Made by a program: the position numbers and the translations under genes. From Chlorokybus atmophyticus (lineage: Eukaryota > Plantae > Mesostigma and Chlorokybus algae): a DNA stretch of 64,000 nucleotides. Within the stretch, counting starts at the first letter, position 1; the number at the start of each line of letters is the position of its first letter. The DNA lies in NCBI GenBank assembly GCA_009103225.1, contig RHPI01002503.1, positions 749,585 through 813,584 on the forward strand. The letters run 5' to 3'. This document shows, piece after piece, positions 12,031 through 28,400 of this stretch. The notes under the pieces are model-generated. The model searched no databases. It saw nothing but the letters and a program-made list of their open reading frames with translations, and was not told the DNA's origin.

Positions 12031-13616
12031 CCTCTTGGCGGAGTTGAGAAAGAACAAGCACACATTGTTGGGCTGCAGGAGAAGGCACCGCTTTTCTGTG
12101 CCTAGTAGTGAGGTACCTGGGGTGGTCCAGGTAGTATGTGCCTGTGCACACGTATAAGCAGTGCTTGCCTTACGGACTGATGCCTGCCTGCCTGAGCTTT
12201 GATGAGCCACAAAAGACAGTCAGAACACTCTCAGCTATACATGACAGCTATCGTTGGTCGCAGTTGTGCCAGGGTGGTGTAAGAGTGCTGAAGTGCTGAC
12301 AGATACCAATGTCAGCACGCTCTTGCATCACAACGCAGATACTAATGTGCTGTGGTATGTGGCTGGTGTCATGAGAGGCTTAGATCAACTTGAGGACATC
12401 CGAGGCGCGGACAGCTGTTGATGACTCGAGGCAGAGTGATAACTGCCAGTTGTGTGCGCGATGCTGTAGTTGTAAGCAGCAGTGCTGTGTTCGAGCAGTG
12501 CTGACTTTGTAGGTCAAAAGGGTTCGGCAGGAGTGTATAGGGTATGTGAATTGCTGTTTGGCACACGCATAGATATGCAACATGTACACCAACAATACTA
12601 CTATTGGTGTACAAGGTTGTACACGATCACTACCGGGCTAACAACTATCACATTATGACACTATCATGTTCGGGGTGCTCAGCTCAGTGTACAGTTGTGT
12701 TAGCATATACGTGCATGCACGCTGTGTTGCTTCAAGCTACCACATTACAGTGTTACAACCACATGCATGTTGCAGCATTGAGGTGCGTGTTACCTGCTGT
12801 ATGCAGTGCATTGCTCTCTTATGCATGTTCGCATTTGCACCTCGCATACCCTGTACATACACTCTCACTTCACACGCAATGCGTTGACGGATGTCCTGAG
12901 AGGGGTCTCATGCAAAAGTGCTCGCTGGTGGTGAGATGTGCTGTAGAGGTGAGGTGCTATGTCGTGGTCACAGCCATGTTGTGGGGCACATAACGTTTGA
13001 TACACAGGCGCTGGTGCTGCAGGTTATGCGCTTTTGACAGCTGGGATACATACATGCACAGAAAGCAAGAATATGGGTAGGTGTACACAGCCACGGACCA
13101 ACTGGTGCTCGGACTGACTGTCAGCTGATGACGACAAAGTATTGTTGGAACTGTCATGCTCATAGCGCATGTGTAGTAGTGGTGCTGTCATGCTTGCAGT
13201 GCGTTATGAAATGCAACCCAACAGTTCAAGCCATGCACATTTGTATAAAGTACATAAAGAACGCAATGCAGTTCTGTGCCATGCATAACAATGTCTGAGT
13301 ATACCTACGGCAGGCCAAAGTAAGCTACACGACTGGTCACGTCGCATGGTACCATGCAACGTTTATATGCTGTCTACTACAGCTGCTACTCCTGCTTGTC
13401 CTATCATTCCTATGCAGCTTGTCATCATTCTACGAAGCAACAACTTCTGACATATCGCCAATCACCATGACTGTGGCTTTAGACTACCCACCTGTTACCA
13501 CTATATGCGGCAATGACTAGGAAATGGCTGATCAAACTGCATGCCTTCAGCTGCAATGTAGTATTAGCGTGACATAACTGTCCCTGTACAGACACCTCGC
13601 CCGGTCACACGAAGCT

Positions 13617-16148
13617 CTAGTCGCAACTTGCACCAGTGAAACCGGAGAACACAGAGCCAAGGTCTTCAGCACCATCAGCTTCATCAGTCTGGAACGCGCG
13701 CTGCAGTAGAGGCAAGTACTGCGGCTTCTCCTTGACAAGCTTGACAAACTCTGCAACCGCATCAAGACCTCAGCAGCAATACTAATACAATGGCTGGATG
13801 TGATGTAGGACTCGCATGCATCTCTGAATCGTATTGTGTATGTGTCTGACACACTCACCGTCATAGGTTACAAGGCCATCGCCATTAGCATCGGCTTCAA
13901 GGAAGATCTTCGCAGCGGTCTGCTCAGTCACCTCTGGCGGCGGGCTCCTCGAGTCCCTCGCCATGATGGCGTGTACTATTCTGGTGAACTTCTCTTGCGT
14001 GATGCGACCACTGCCGTCCTGGTCGAACACGCTGAAGACGAGCTTCATCGTGGCGTCAGTTACCGCGGGACCCGTCACCAGACACATGCCGATGAGGAAC
14101 TCACGGAAGCTCAACTCGCCATCTTTGTCGGCATCGTACAACTGGAAGATGTCTTGCAGATAGTCGGTAATTGGTAGATTGAGATAGCTCGCAAACTCTT
14201 CAATGGTTACCTGCAGTGCGGTAGTTCAAGAGTTGCTCAAGCACACGCGCACGCACGAACGTACACACACAATCTCACGCAATCACACACCACACACACA
14301 GCGCATGGCAAGCATGAAAGAGTGCCCAGCATGGGTAGCACCACGCACTGCACTGTTTGCAAGCCTTGCATGCACTTTGGTTGTTGATTTGGCTGTTGCT
14401 TTGGTGGTTGTACAAACACAAGAATGGTACCTTGCCATCGCGCGAACGATCCATCTTGGCGAAGTCGGCCAGCAATCGCTGCGCGTCTTCTCTGGTTAGG
14501 CCTGTTCTCCTTTGCAAGTCCGCAAAGGCGACAACTCCTGTTCCAGTGGGCAAGCCAAGCCCCTTGGCCTTGAGCTGTAGTATCGTATCCTCTACGCTGT
14601 GGTCCGTCACCGGTACGCAGAGAGCTGTCGCCATCTCCGAGCGCACATTGGCAGCAAAGAGCTGCAACATATCACACCATCATGTTGCTGTATGAAGTCA
14701 ATGACAATGAAGCCTCGGGTGTTGAAGAACTCACCTCAGGTGACGCCTTCTCTTCCGGGGTGGGCGTGTGCACAGGGAGGAACTCCACGGTCACGTGGCC
14801 CACCCACTGGCACATGGCACACAGCAGCAGCCTCGCCATGCTTGCTTTCCCACACCACGAAAGGTCAAAACCCTGAACCTGGTACCTACGCAAGAATCAA
14901 GTGGAAACATAGGCTTCTGCGCAAGGTGTAAGTATTACGCGCACATGCGCGCATGCTCGCATGTCATACGCAAAATACTATCAATGTTGTGCATGCCGTC
15001 GTCCAAGAGCCAAAGTCCAAATGCAATGAGTACATGTAAGGTGCATGCAGGCATGGGCAATACCTCAAGATGACTGGCTGTACCGGCACGCCGGGTGTGA
15101 AGGCGCCTGTCTTGAAAGTGATCAAACAGTTGGCGGAATGCGTGGTACCTTCAGGAAAGATCATCACCCTCGGCCATTCACCGTTGGACAGTGCCCTACG
15201 CTTGATCTCCATCACCGCGTTCTTTCTTGACGTGTGATCCTTGTGGTCAACAATGATGCACTGCATAGCCTTCAAACCAGTCCTGAGCATTGTCACTCAG
15301 TAGAGGGCCATAAGATGTAACTCCCAACATCCACAAATAATCAAAGTATAAGCGCAACTTACCTGACAACCGGGTATGGATGTGGCAAAGACACGAAAGA
15401 TGACCAGGTCAATGCCATGATCACCAAGAAGTCGATCGGGGTTGCGTGCGGCGCCACAACCACAATCGGCGCTTCTGCTTCAGTTGCTGGCTGACCAATG
15501 ACCTTAATTTGCCAGAACCTGACAAACGCTGAGTTTAGCAATAATGATAGTAAAACTATACAGTGCCACGCATACATTCTTCTGACCCAAGGAATGCAAG
15601 TCGGTACATACACGCCGTGCCCCTGCATGCTGCTTTATTTTATTGAAGCGCACTTACCCAAGCGAGCCCAATGCAGGGCGGCAGACCAGCTGCGCCATCT
15701 TCAACAGGCGTGTGCGCCAGCCTTTTAGCGGCGTGGGAGGGTCCGTGCGTGTGTGAAACGCCACGGCCAGCTTGGCGAAGAGACTGTACAGAAGCGAGCA
15801 CAGCAGCAGGACCAGCAACCGAAAGGGGAACAGCAGTATGCCGCCCGCTAGCAGAGACAACCTCGTCAACAGACTCATGCGCTGCAGACTCTCGTTCACG
15901 AACGGATTCAACTGCAGTGTGATAACAACAATCAAGGAGAGACCAGCTAGAGAAGCTCTGCCTGATAGTATGCATATAAGGAGTACTGAACTTGATGATT
16001 GAAGGAGTGGCAGTGAGAGAGAAGAATCACTTGCCTGTGGTGCAATTGCTGATCGGCTTTGCATGCGTCTGAGCGGCGCCACGCGATAGGCCAACTTAGC
16101 GCCATTCGGCGGAACGACGTCCACAGGCGGAAACTTACTGCTCTCCAT
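13617..16148 (-). CDS. LPEAT2: Lysophospholipid acyltransferase LPEAT2/LPCAT-like with C-terminal EF-hands
   Basis: N-terminal TM segment (LNPF..GGILLFPFRLLVLLL); HxxxxD motif PHATPID; RVMIFPEGTTHSANCLITFKTGAFTPGVPVQPVILRY; EF-hands YDADKDGELSFREF, FDQDGSGRITQEKF, ADANGDGLVTYDEF; stop at 13617. Confidence 0.9.
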
Positions 16149-16512
16149 GATGAATTATCTGAAAACACATGCAGCCTTAACGCAACATCTGCAGCCAGCT
16201 GGTGGACACTGCACTACATTACACCGCAAAGTACACTACACTACAATTTACTACACTGTAGTGAATAGAATATAAATGTAACTCAGATCTACTACTCACA
16301 ACCAGGCTGGCGGACTGCGTTGCCAAGTGTTTAAGCAGCCATGCAAAACTCTCTCCCCCAAGTGCAACAGTCAGACTGCAAGACCCAAGCCACGCAGTTT
16401 AGTCAGGACTTGCTGGCTTGCTTCCTTTCTTGCTAACTTTCACGTGCATGTGCTGAGTGCAGAGAAATGGGCAACTTGTCTTCACTAGGCTTACTGGAAA
16501 GTCCGGCCTGGA

Positions 16513-17810
16513 GTGGATTGGCTGGCGGAGCAGCAAGCGAAAGTGGCGTTCAAGCTTCTGCAAGCCAGGCAAGGCACGGCACACCAGACCAGGCCAGCGA
16601 ATAGCGCCGCAGAAAACTCTCAACCTACGCCGCCCCCACCGGCCCCACCGCCGCTGCCGCCGCCCACGCCCACGCCATCCTCGCTAGCCAGCGCACGAGC
16701 ACTGCACACTGGCCCAGAACGGCTACAAGTGGCGGGCTGCGGCGAACTGAACTTGCTTACTGTCGTTTAGCTTGGGGTCTGGGTCCATGATGGCCTGTGT
16801 GGCAGGCTTTCCACCAGGCTGCTGGAAAGCGTGCTTAAAGATGACGGTAAAGGTGCGCTGCGCATCACTGCTGCTGTTGTTATTGTTGTTGATGAAGATG
16901 ATAATGATGATGACGCAAAGGGGCTGTGCATGCTTGGCTCACACTGTAAACTGCCGCGTTCTGTTTGTGTCCAACAACGCCAGCCGCCTTGTTCAAATGC
17001 CTCAGTTGAAAATGAGCAGCATTAAGCCAGTATGTACGCACTAGGTGGCCATGGACATAGCAATCATGGCAGACACATGGACATACCAGCCGCATCGCTC
17101 GATTGGTTACTGGCCGAGTGAGTGGGCCGACGAGCTGAACAATTGCACAGCATTGGCATGCGTACATGTTGTCATGCATAGCCCCGCAATGCGTGCCTTG
17201 TGACTCACAGAAAACAGGTGTCAACAAGTTACGACTTATATGGCTGTGATGTTGATAAAAGCTGTAGTGTAGAGCAAGAGAACCCCTGTCGGTGCACCTG
17301 CTGAAGTTTCGGGGCCAGTGCTGTGAGGTGCACGAGGCAGCCCGTGACAATCGCAACAAGGTACGCTTGCGCTAAGAGCACACCATGTGTGACGGTTGTG
17401 TTGCGAAGCCTTCATCCAATGTGCTTGGCACTTGCACGCATGCACTTGCACACTGTTTCTATGTGATAGGTCATCTCAATGAGTCTGATTCTTGGGCAGC
17501 GAGCAATGATGTCTAGCCCATGCTCTTCGCAGGTAGCGCGCATGGAATGCGTGCAGTGTGGTGCATGAATGCACGGCACAATGCCTGCGTCATAGAAGGA
17601 GTTGTTTGTGATAGTGTAGATGCATGCGCCATAAGACTCACAAGGTGGGTATATGAGTAAGTCTGACGCGAAGTAATGGGCGCATGACGAGCAGCTCATG
17701 GACATCAAGTTAGACTGTTCGGAAACATGTTGGATAGCATCTGTTGCACTCAGTACAGAGTGCATTGTCCTCCGGTGTGCAACAGATCACGATATCAGCT
17801 GTTAGGCTAT
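16513..17810 (+). other. Possible unassigned multi-exon gene or gene relic
   Basis: GC/Pro-rich first ORF followed by short segments bounded by cag| and |gt (LSTRLLESVLKDDGK|gtgcgc, RLVQMPQLKMSSIKP|gtatgt, ASLDWLLAE|gtgagt, HLLKFRGQCCEVHEAARDNRNK|gtacgc). I could not assemble a confident frame. Confidence 0.25.
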
Positions 17811-17936
17811 ATGTGAGAGTTTTACTTCCACCGAAATTTATAATACAATGAGGAGTAAACAAGCCAAATGACGATGCAACACGTGTGAGAGCAACTTTCT
17901 ATTGAGGTTATGTATTGAGGTTCTTTAACTCCAAGA

Positions 17937-17938
<2 letters not shown>

Positions 17939-17982
<44 letters not shown>
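17939..17982 (+). repeat. (CT)22 microsatellite
   Basis: Perfect CT dinucleotide run at the left edge of an AT-richer segment. Confidence 0.97.
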
Positions 17983-17985
<3 letters not shown>

Positions 17986-19928
17986 CGCATGTCCTGCGTC
18001 AACAAGCTATGTAGGTTGGCCACTGCGCATGAAGTTTGAAAGTTGCCGTGGTGCGATTCCGGGGTGACACAACTTTATACACCCAAATGATTTGTTAAGA
18101 AAAGGAGAAGGCCTTCTCCGGTGAGTTGTTATGCTTCTGCTTGGCACGGGCTCTGCATGTTCGACGTGCGGGAATTCATATCCAGAAGCATGCGGGGTTG
18201 TGCGAGAATAGAAAACGCACACATTCGTGTGCTGCTAAAGCCAATGAACATCAGGTGGCTCGCCCCCAAACCCAAACCTAAAGTAAACCGCAGCGGCAAT
18301 TGGATTGCTTGTTGTGATGCGAATGTTTGTTCTGACAGCCCGATGAAGATTGTCTGCACATCACCTTTCAGATCTTTAAGTTACAACATTAAGAGCAATT
18401 ACAAGCTGATAAGAGTTCATCAACACAAGGTCGCGGGCATTGATGTTTATACGCTGAGCGTAAGGTTCTTCTCCAAGATTTATAATTCTAACACATGTTG
18501 GTTATTATCAAATATCAGGAGAACTCAAAACGATTTGATATAGTCTTTTACAAACGCATTTTTGTCAATTGCACACTTCCCTCTGTTGGTGAAGCAATGA
18601 CGGAGTATAATTATGTTGGGCAATCCATTTATGGCATAAATGCAACATACATCACATTAGCTGTTCTTTTGTGCCGCGTATGCTCCCTTGTTTCCCTATC
18701 CATTAATACAGTAGCATACATCATGTGTGCCACGATATAATGGTCTTGGCAATTTATGTGTTCATTTGTCTCGAGACTAGCAGCACTCATAGCAGAGCAG
18801 GAAAGTGGCAAGTATGCTGATCATGCATTCTGAGTAGTTGTTCTTGTGCCTCTACCCATAGAGACATACGGTTCGGGAGGGAGTTAACGACGTGGGTGAT
18901 TATTTATTGTGAATGCGTGATGTTGTGTCTATAATCGTGCATTTCTCAAAATTTCGTCTTTCGTCTGCAGACAATGGTAGTGGTACAAGTAATGGCATAT
19001 TGGGTGCACCCATTGTGTCCCATATAGTTCACGTATATTCCGGTGGTGAGATTGCGTGTATACATGTGTATACATGTGTCATAATGCGTTGCGACATGTG
19101 TATTGTGCTGTGTGTTGTCCATGTTGATTGCTCCGGTAATGACTGCCGCAGCCCACTTTCTGCATTACCCACCATTGCATCACATATATAAGCACGTAAG
19201 ATAGTGTGGCTGTGTTGGATTGTGTATGATGTAAGGGCTTTCCAGTAGTATACATGCAAATAACTTGCATGTGTGTGGTTAGGTATGGTCAAGCACTGAC
19301 ATCGAGTATTTGCATTCCCGATATTAGAGGATGTCATCACTTTGAGGTGGCCCCGAGTGTAGTATTGCTTGTCCATGCCCGTGTTGCCTACCCTACCTGC
19401 TGTGCATGTTTCATGGTGGGCCTAACCTCTGTCGTCCTCCTCTCTCTTCCCCTCTCCCTGTGCGCTTCTGCACGTACACCTCTTGCCTTCCCCTCCCGCT
19501 GCTCTGGGCCCGCCAACCCTTGCATTTGCGCTTAGCGCCAGCCCTCCTAGTTGTAGTTGCAGTTGTTGTATAATTGGTTGCTGTTGCTTGCATGAATGTA
19601 ATGGCTTGTATGCGGTGTGTTTGCTGCTGATTGGGGGCCCCTTTATTTTCGTATGTTCTACCTCTGGAGCACAAATTGGCTGCATGGTTGACTATGACTT
19701 ATACCCCATGCATGTGCGCATTGCACTTCGCATTCATGCGCACTGCATGATGCTGCATGACATTGATGCAGTGTGCAGCACAGTGTGTGTGATGCAGTCT
19801 GCATCACACACACTGTGCTGCACACTGCCAAGTCAGTTGCAAGAGCGCCAAATCAGATGCAAGAGCTTGACTTGACTTCAAGAGAGAGTTACCACCTTCG
19901 CAGTGTTCCCAGTGCTGTTGCCAGGAGC

Positions 19929-22269
19929 ATGGCGGCGGCAGGCCATGGCGGCGGCAAGGGCGGGGCGGCGAGGCGGCGGTGGCACTTCGCCGCGACCGGC
20001 GTGCGGCTGACCCCTGGCAGCGCGCACTTCGCCGCCGCCGCGGAAGCCCTGCTCAGGGACGTCGCCAGTCACAACCATGCTCGGGAAAAGCAGGGGGTGA
20101 GTTTTGCTGCGTTGCTGGCTGCGTTGCAGAGATTTCCAAGGCAAAAGTGGTAGATACGCTCAAGTAGCCAGCCACTGTCAGCAAAGGTTGGTTTTGCCAA
20201 GGACAGGTGGTTGTTTAAATATTTGTGTCTGGTGGCTGCGCTGTACACACTGCCTGAGCCAATCCTCGAGCCAAGCATGTGCAAGCGTTGTTTGACATCC
20301 GGTTTTGTAGTGTTTGACATCCGGGTTTGTAGTATCAGCATTCGGCCAGTGTGTGCTTGGGTGTTTGTTGCTGGAGTGATCATCAGCCGTGGTGTAATGA
20401 CGTCGCATCAATTGTCTGCAATGTGTTGTAGTAGTACATATGTGCATAATCACCTGTGGGCTGACATCGCGCAGGGCCACCAGCAAGCACACCTTAAAGA
20501 TGAACACGACAGAGACAGCAGACAGGACCATGCAATGATTGGCAGTTGGGAGCTGAAACCAATTGGCGGCGCAATGACCAACAGCGTGTACGCGTGTGAG
20601 AGCATTCGCTCGCCTGATGCCACTGACGTTGGTGTTGCCAGCGTTGGGAGTGAGTGCACTCCTCCAAGCCGCCTGCTGCTGCGTGTATACGGAGAAGGCA
20701 CCGACACGCTCATCGATCGCGAGCGTGAGAGACGCATCTTCCATGTGAGCTCCACCCGATGTCAATCAGATTGTGCATTGCGGTTGCAGCAAAGATGTTG
20801 ATAATATACTGCTAAGACGTGTGCATAACAGGCGCTGTCAGAACAAGGCATTGGTCCCCGGTTGCTGGCGGAGTTTGACAACGGGCGCGTGGAAGAATGG
20901 CTTCACGGGCGAGTAGTACAAATGTGCATGACAGAGTGTTTTTCATGACTGCACATATTAACTCGTTGCATTTGGTTCATTGATATGATGAATTATTGTG
21001 CCTAACTGAGGACTGGTGCTTTGGACAGGTTTTGACGCCTGCGGAGTTCAGGGATCAGAAGATGCAGGCCAGTGTCTTATCTCAGCTGCGAAAGTTCCAC
21101 GCCTTGGTTATTGAAGGCGATAGTCCAGAGCCTGTGCTCTGGAGCGTGATGAGAAGTTGGCACAGCCAGGCGCTGGAGCTGGTAACCAATGATTCTGTCT
21201 CAGGCAAGTACAGGTTTCAGTCTCTCTTTGTGAGATCATTGTTGATCCTCTTATTAAAATTGTAGTAAAGTTGTATTTGCTCCATGTGTGACAGAGCCTC
21301 TTATTCGGATGGCTGGAGAGGAAATGGAGGACTTGGAAGCTCATTTGCGGTCAGGTTCCAATGAGGCGTGCGTTTTTTGTCATAACGACCTACAGTGCGG
21401 CAACGTGCTTGCCCTCAACAACGGGCAGCTGACACTGATAGTAAGACACACTAGTGATCCGTTGGTTGAAGCAATGCATTGCCCAACTTGTTGAACTTTG
21501 GGTACAGGACTATGAGTATGCCGGTTACAACCCAGCAGCATATGACTTGGGCAACTTGTTCTGTGAGCTGGCGGCCGACTACTCCATTGGCATGGAGCTG
21601 GTAAGCAATATACTGCCTACTGTACAGTTTCCGCAGAGTGCAGCATTTGGAAAACATAGCTGACCTCAACACGGTTCCTGGTTGTGTACTGGCATCTGCA
21701 GGACTATGACCTCTATCCAGGTGCGTTGGCCATGACTCTCTGTTGGCACGATGCATTGTAAGCCAGGACCTTGCATTATTTGTGCGTGCATCAAGCCTTC
21801 TAAAACCCAGCAGACCACAGTAAGCGCGAACGCATTGTAGCGGCCTACTTGGACAAAGACGGTGAGCAACATGTGGGCTTGATAAGGCACATGTGCAGCT
21901 GCCAGAAGTGCCATACTTGCTTAGGAGATAAGCACTGACATCTGCTAGCCAATGCAGGCGAGGTCGATGGTGCTGTGAACCAGTTGGCCGCAGCTTCACA
22001 TGCGTATGCTCTAGCTAGCCACCTGCTTTGGTCCATCTGGGCCGTCATTCAGGTGGTTGCGGTGCCGTGCATAGCACTCACAATTCATGTGGTTTGTGTG
22101 GGTGTCTCAAGTTGTACTCAACAGGCCTTGTTACTTGCTGCAGAGCAAGTTATCTGCAACTGGCTTGGATTACCTACAGTATGCTCAAACTCGATTTCGA
22201 GAGTACCAGGCCCGAAAGGTGGATGCGCTTTTGGCATTCAAGAAAGGTAGTCATTCTTTGCTGGCATAA
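19929..22269 (+). CDS. Choline/ethanolamine kinase
   Basis: LKPIGGAMTNSVY, LLLRVYGEGTDTLIDRERE, GIGPRLLAEFDNGRVEEWLHGR, Brenner motif VFCHNDLQCGNVL, IDYEYAGYNPAAYDLGNLFCE, SHLLWSIWAVIQ, LDYLQYAQTRFREY. Confidence 0.95.
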
Positions 22270-22432
22270 GCAGATAACATACGTGGGAGTGGACGACACG
22301 CCAGCCTGACACCTGTGCACAGTTAGGATGGCAGCATGTTCCGTGAGCTGGTTATAGTAAAAAGGTAGCAGCTTCTCACAGATACTGATGCCTCTGGTGC
22401 AATGATAGAGCCATGTGAAGGTAAAGGTGCAT

Positions 22433-24639
<2,207 letters not shown>

Positions 24640-25473
24640 TTGCTGCACATAGGCACTTCTGCTACTGATCCTGCTAATCTTGACTGAAGCAGGTTCACTG
24701 AGCTCAGCAGTGCGTTTGGCGCAGGGCTACTGATCCCGTTTCTCATCAGTAATCCTGTTGTGCACGCAGCTGCGCCGAATGCATGATTTGCTTGCAGAGC
24801 TTAGCGACGGGAGCTTGTGCGCGGAGCTGGGCGGTGGCGGTAGAGGGCGTTGTTGATGTTGGCGCCATGGAGGTGCTGGTGGCCTGGCATGCTGCTACTG
24901 TGTCATGAAGCTGGCGTTGCGTTTCTTGGCTGAAACGAGGTGAGCCGCTTGGTGTCCAGCTGCCTTCTCGGGTGTTGTGGTTGAGTGTGACGCAGTGAGT
25001 GCCAGTGCCATCAGTTGCTGTCGCAGAAGTTGTCAGCCCTTGTGATTGCACGCACCTGTTCTAAGCATAGCCGTCCTTCCAAATATAAGTGAGAACGACT
25101 GCCATGGGTGCTGAACGCACATTAGCTTCGTCCAGCTGTGTACTGTTATCGTAACCAGCAGAAAACCGGTCCGTAGCTCAGCCGGTTGACTTGATAAAGG
25201 CTGGCTTTAAAGTAGGCTGAGAGGTTTACGGCCCAGTTGTTGCTGGCCAATTCATTGACAGCGCTGGCTTCCACAGTTGAGCTTGCTGCCACAGCTTTGC
25301 TCTTGCAGCGTGTGGACAACGTGTACTGCAAGTCTTGACGGCTCCTCTGTTAGGGTAAATTCTGGCAACAAACTGAAGCAGCCTGCTCACTCAGGGCAGT
25401 GCTTTTTTCATAAGTTTGGACCTTAAATGCTTGACTAACTCTGCAGCTGGGAAGAAACCGGCAGCTGCAACCA

Positions 25474-28400
25474 ATGGCCAACCGCTTAAAGGCATGGTCC
25501 ATGCCCAATGCTTTGCGCAACCGGACGGCATTTCCGACTGTCAAGACAGAGCCTGGCGCACATCGTGAACGCACTCATGTGGCAGCCGAGGCAGTGCACG
25601 ACAACCTTCCAAACCAACAACATGATGGAAGAGAGCCGGAAGAGCCGCTTCCCAGGCAGCCGCCTCCTGCTCACCATGAGGCAGCACGACCCAGTCGACC
25701 TAGGCAAGAGCAAAGGCAGGTTGAGGACTTCCCAAAACTCATTGGAATTGCAGGTGTGTGATGGCAACCGCTTGCTGAGGCTCTAAGAGTATAGGTTTAG
25801 TAGCTGACACGTTCATCTTGGCTTCCAGAGAAGCTCATGCAAGAACAAAGCCACGCTCGCATAGAGATTCATATGTTGGTAAGATACAGATTGGACTTAT
25901 GCACTACTTGCTGCATGCGCATGACCATCACCGCCAGCAATTACTACGTTGCTTCGCAGAGAAGAAAGCTGCAGACTGAGCAGGAAGTCAGGCAGGCCCT
26001 CGAGCTTCAGCTTGACGACGTTCATCAGCAGCACAACCTGGTCAAAGCAAAGCTTGCGGCTGATGCCAAACGCTGGGCGTCCTTGGAAACGCAGCTGGCA
26101 TCGACTGGTGCGGTGCTGGATTCGACGTCAACGACCGTCATTGCACTGCAGCAGCAACTTGAGAAAGGTAGTCTCGCAAGCGATGCGAAAGGCCCTGCAC
26201 TTGGCAAAACTCGCATGGTCAAAGAGTTTTATGTAACTCTTATGGCAATCTCGCATCAGGCGTACTTGATCAAGCATGGTCAATAACGAGCGGTTGTGCC
26301 AACAGGAGAGGAACACAAATCCGTTCTTGAAGACACACTTGAAGAACGATTGAATGAGTTTGAGGTGCTCACACATCCAACCCGTGGTTGGTCCCAAGAC
26401 CACAAGATCATGACCTGATGTGCCTATGCTGCCTTCAGGCACTTAAATTGCGAATGCAAGAACTTGCGGCCTCCAAGGATGGGGCGGATGAGAGGGTTGC
26501 TGCATGTAAGTGAGAACTTCATTCTTGCAATCTGCACCAGCATTCGCGACGCAGCACACAACCTTGTGCCCAACTCGATATCCGATATAACAGCTCATAA
26601 TGCTGCATGTTGCCGAGTTCAGTGACCAGTGAGTGCGAGACGAGACCACCTTGAAAGCTGTACTGTGATGACCGCTGAGTGATGACATGTGCTGCACAGT
26701 GCACTTGGAGAATGACAGGCTGACAAATGAGATAGTGGAGCTGCAGCAGCTGATTACGCACTTCAAAGACAGTCTTGAAAAGAGCAACGCCGCAGCAGGT
26801 CGGTTGCCCTGCATGTTTAACACGGCGTATAACATTACATGGCGCTTAACATTACATTTGATATGTGTTGAGCGCTTTCGTCCCACAACTCACAACTTTC
26901 TTTGGCAGATCGTGCGCTATCCAAGCATTGTGATGCTGAGCAGCTTGTGGCATCAAGAACACGCGATTGTGATGCAGCAAAGGCACAACTTGCTGCCTGT
27001 GAAAAGGAGCTACTGGACTCCAACGAGCGGCTGCGCGCTCTTGAACGTGAAAAGGCCGATTTGGTATGGACGTGTATTCAGTACGTCGTTGTGCCCTATG
27101 TCTTCGGCTAGCTTATTTTGCATCATCGTTGGCCAGGCCGGCAAGCTCCTAGCATTGGAAAGCGTACATCGCGTACTGCAAACAAGTATGGGTGCAGCAT
27201 CTTCCGAACTCATCAGCTTGCAAAAGAAGAACTCACAGCTCAGGTCAAAAGTTAGCGAGCTTCAAGACGCCAATGACATAGCAAACAGTGCCAATGCGGC
27301 ACTACGTGATGAAGTGTCCGCCATGACCGAGAAGTACGAAGCTGAGCGTGGGAAATTGGAGAAGAGCGAGCAGCAAGCTGAACACTTGGAAGACAATATC
27401 CATACGCTGAAGACCGACAAGGCAACACTGCAGAAGCAAATTGAAGGTATATTTGTGATTTGTTGATGCCCAGAATGCACGCGGTAAGCATCTGTGTCAC
27501 GGCACGTGGTGCAGACACCAGAGCGCTTTTCGAGCACGCGCAAACAACGGCGTCTGAAGCAGCAGCGGCAGCCTCCTTGCAGTTGAAGGCGAAGCAAGCT
27601 GAAGTGAACAAGTTGGCGGTGAAGGTTGCTGAGGTATGCCGGAGCCAGCTCCGTGTGGCTTTGCTGTTCTGCACAAAAGGCTTGCCCATACTTCTCTGGA
27701 CAGGCGGAGTTAGAGAAGGAGGCGCTGGAGGAGCATTGCAGGTCAGCTTCGGTTAGCCTCTTGGAGACTCAGGTACGAATGGGTTTACCCCGGGCAAGCA
27801 TGGTGCGCAAGGTTGCTCGTATTGCAGCGCCAACGTGCTGCTGTTTGCAGGAGAAGGTGTCAGCTGACCTGGAGGTGACAAGGCGCAAGCACGCTGGCGA
27901 AGTTGAGTCTCTTGCCGCCGAACTCAAGAAAGCCAAGGCATCACTCCACGAAGCAGGCAATCAACAGCACCGTCTGGAGGCGTCGTCGGCCCAGCTGACT
28001 GCTCAGTTACAAGAGCTTCTGAAAGCAAAGTCCATTGCAGACGAGCACGTCAAGGAACTGAGCGAGCGGCTGGAGCAAGTGCAACAACAGCACATTGAGG
28101 TTTTTGTCGCCATCCTTAGTGATTGAGCTTGCAGATACAACATGTTAGCCATCAGTGTTGCGCAGGCTACAGCTGCACGTGGGGAAGCCCTCGCTGAGCT
28201 GCAGCGTGCCCAGCAGCAGAAGGACGAAAAGGAGACAAGTTTGGTCGCAGAGTACCAGAAAAAGATCATAGCAATTGCAAAGCAGAACGAAAAGGTTTTC
28301 AGCTCAGTTTTTGTTTCATGCGTGATGTGCGGTGTTATTGCATCGTTACCAACAACACTGCTCCATGATACTCCAGGAGCTGACACAACTTCGTAAGAAG

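Noticed and set aside
24746-25331. Short ORFs between PRMT6 and ZYP1
   Set aside because: No motifs; more likely 5' UTR or promoter sequence of the divergent pair.
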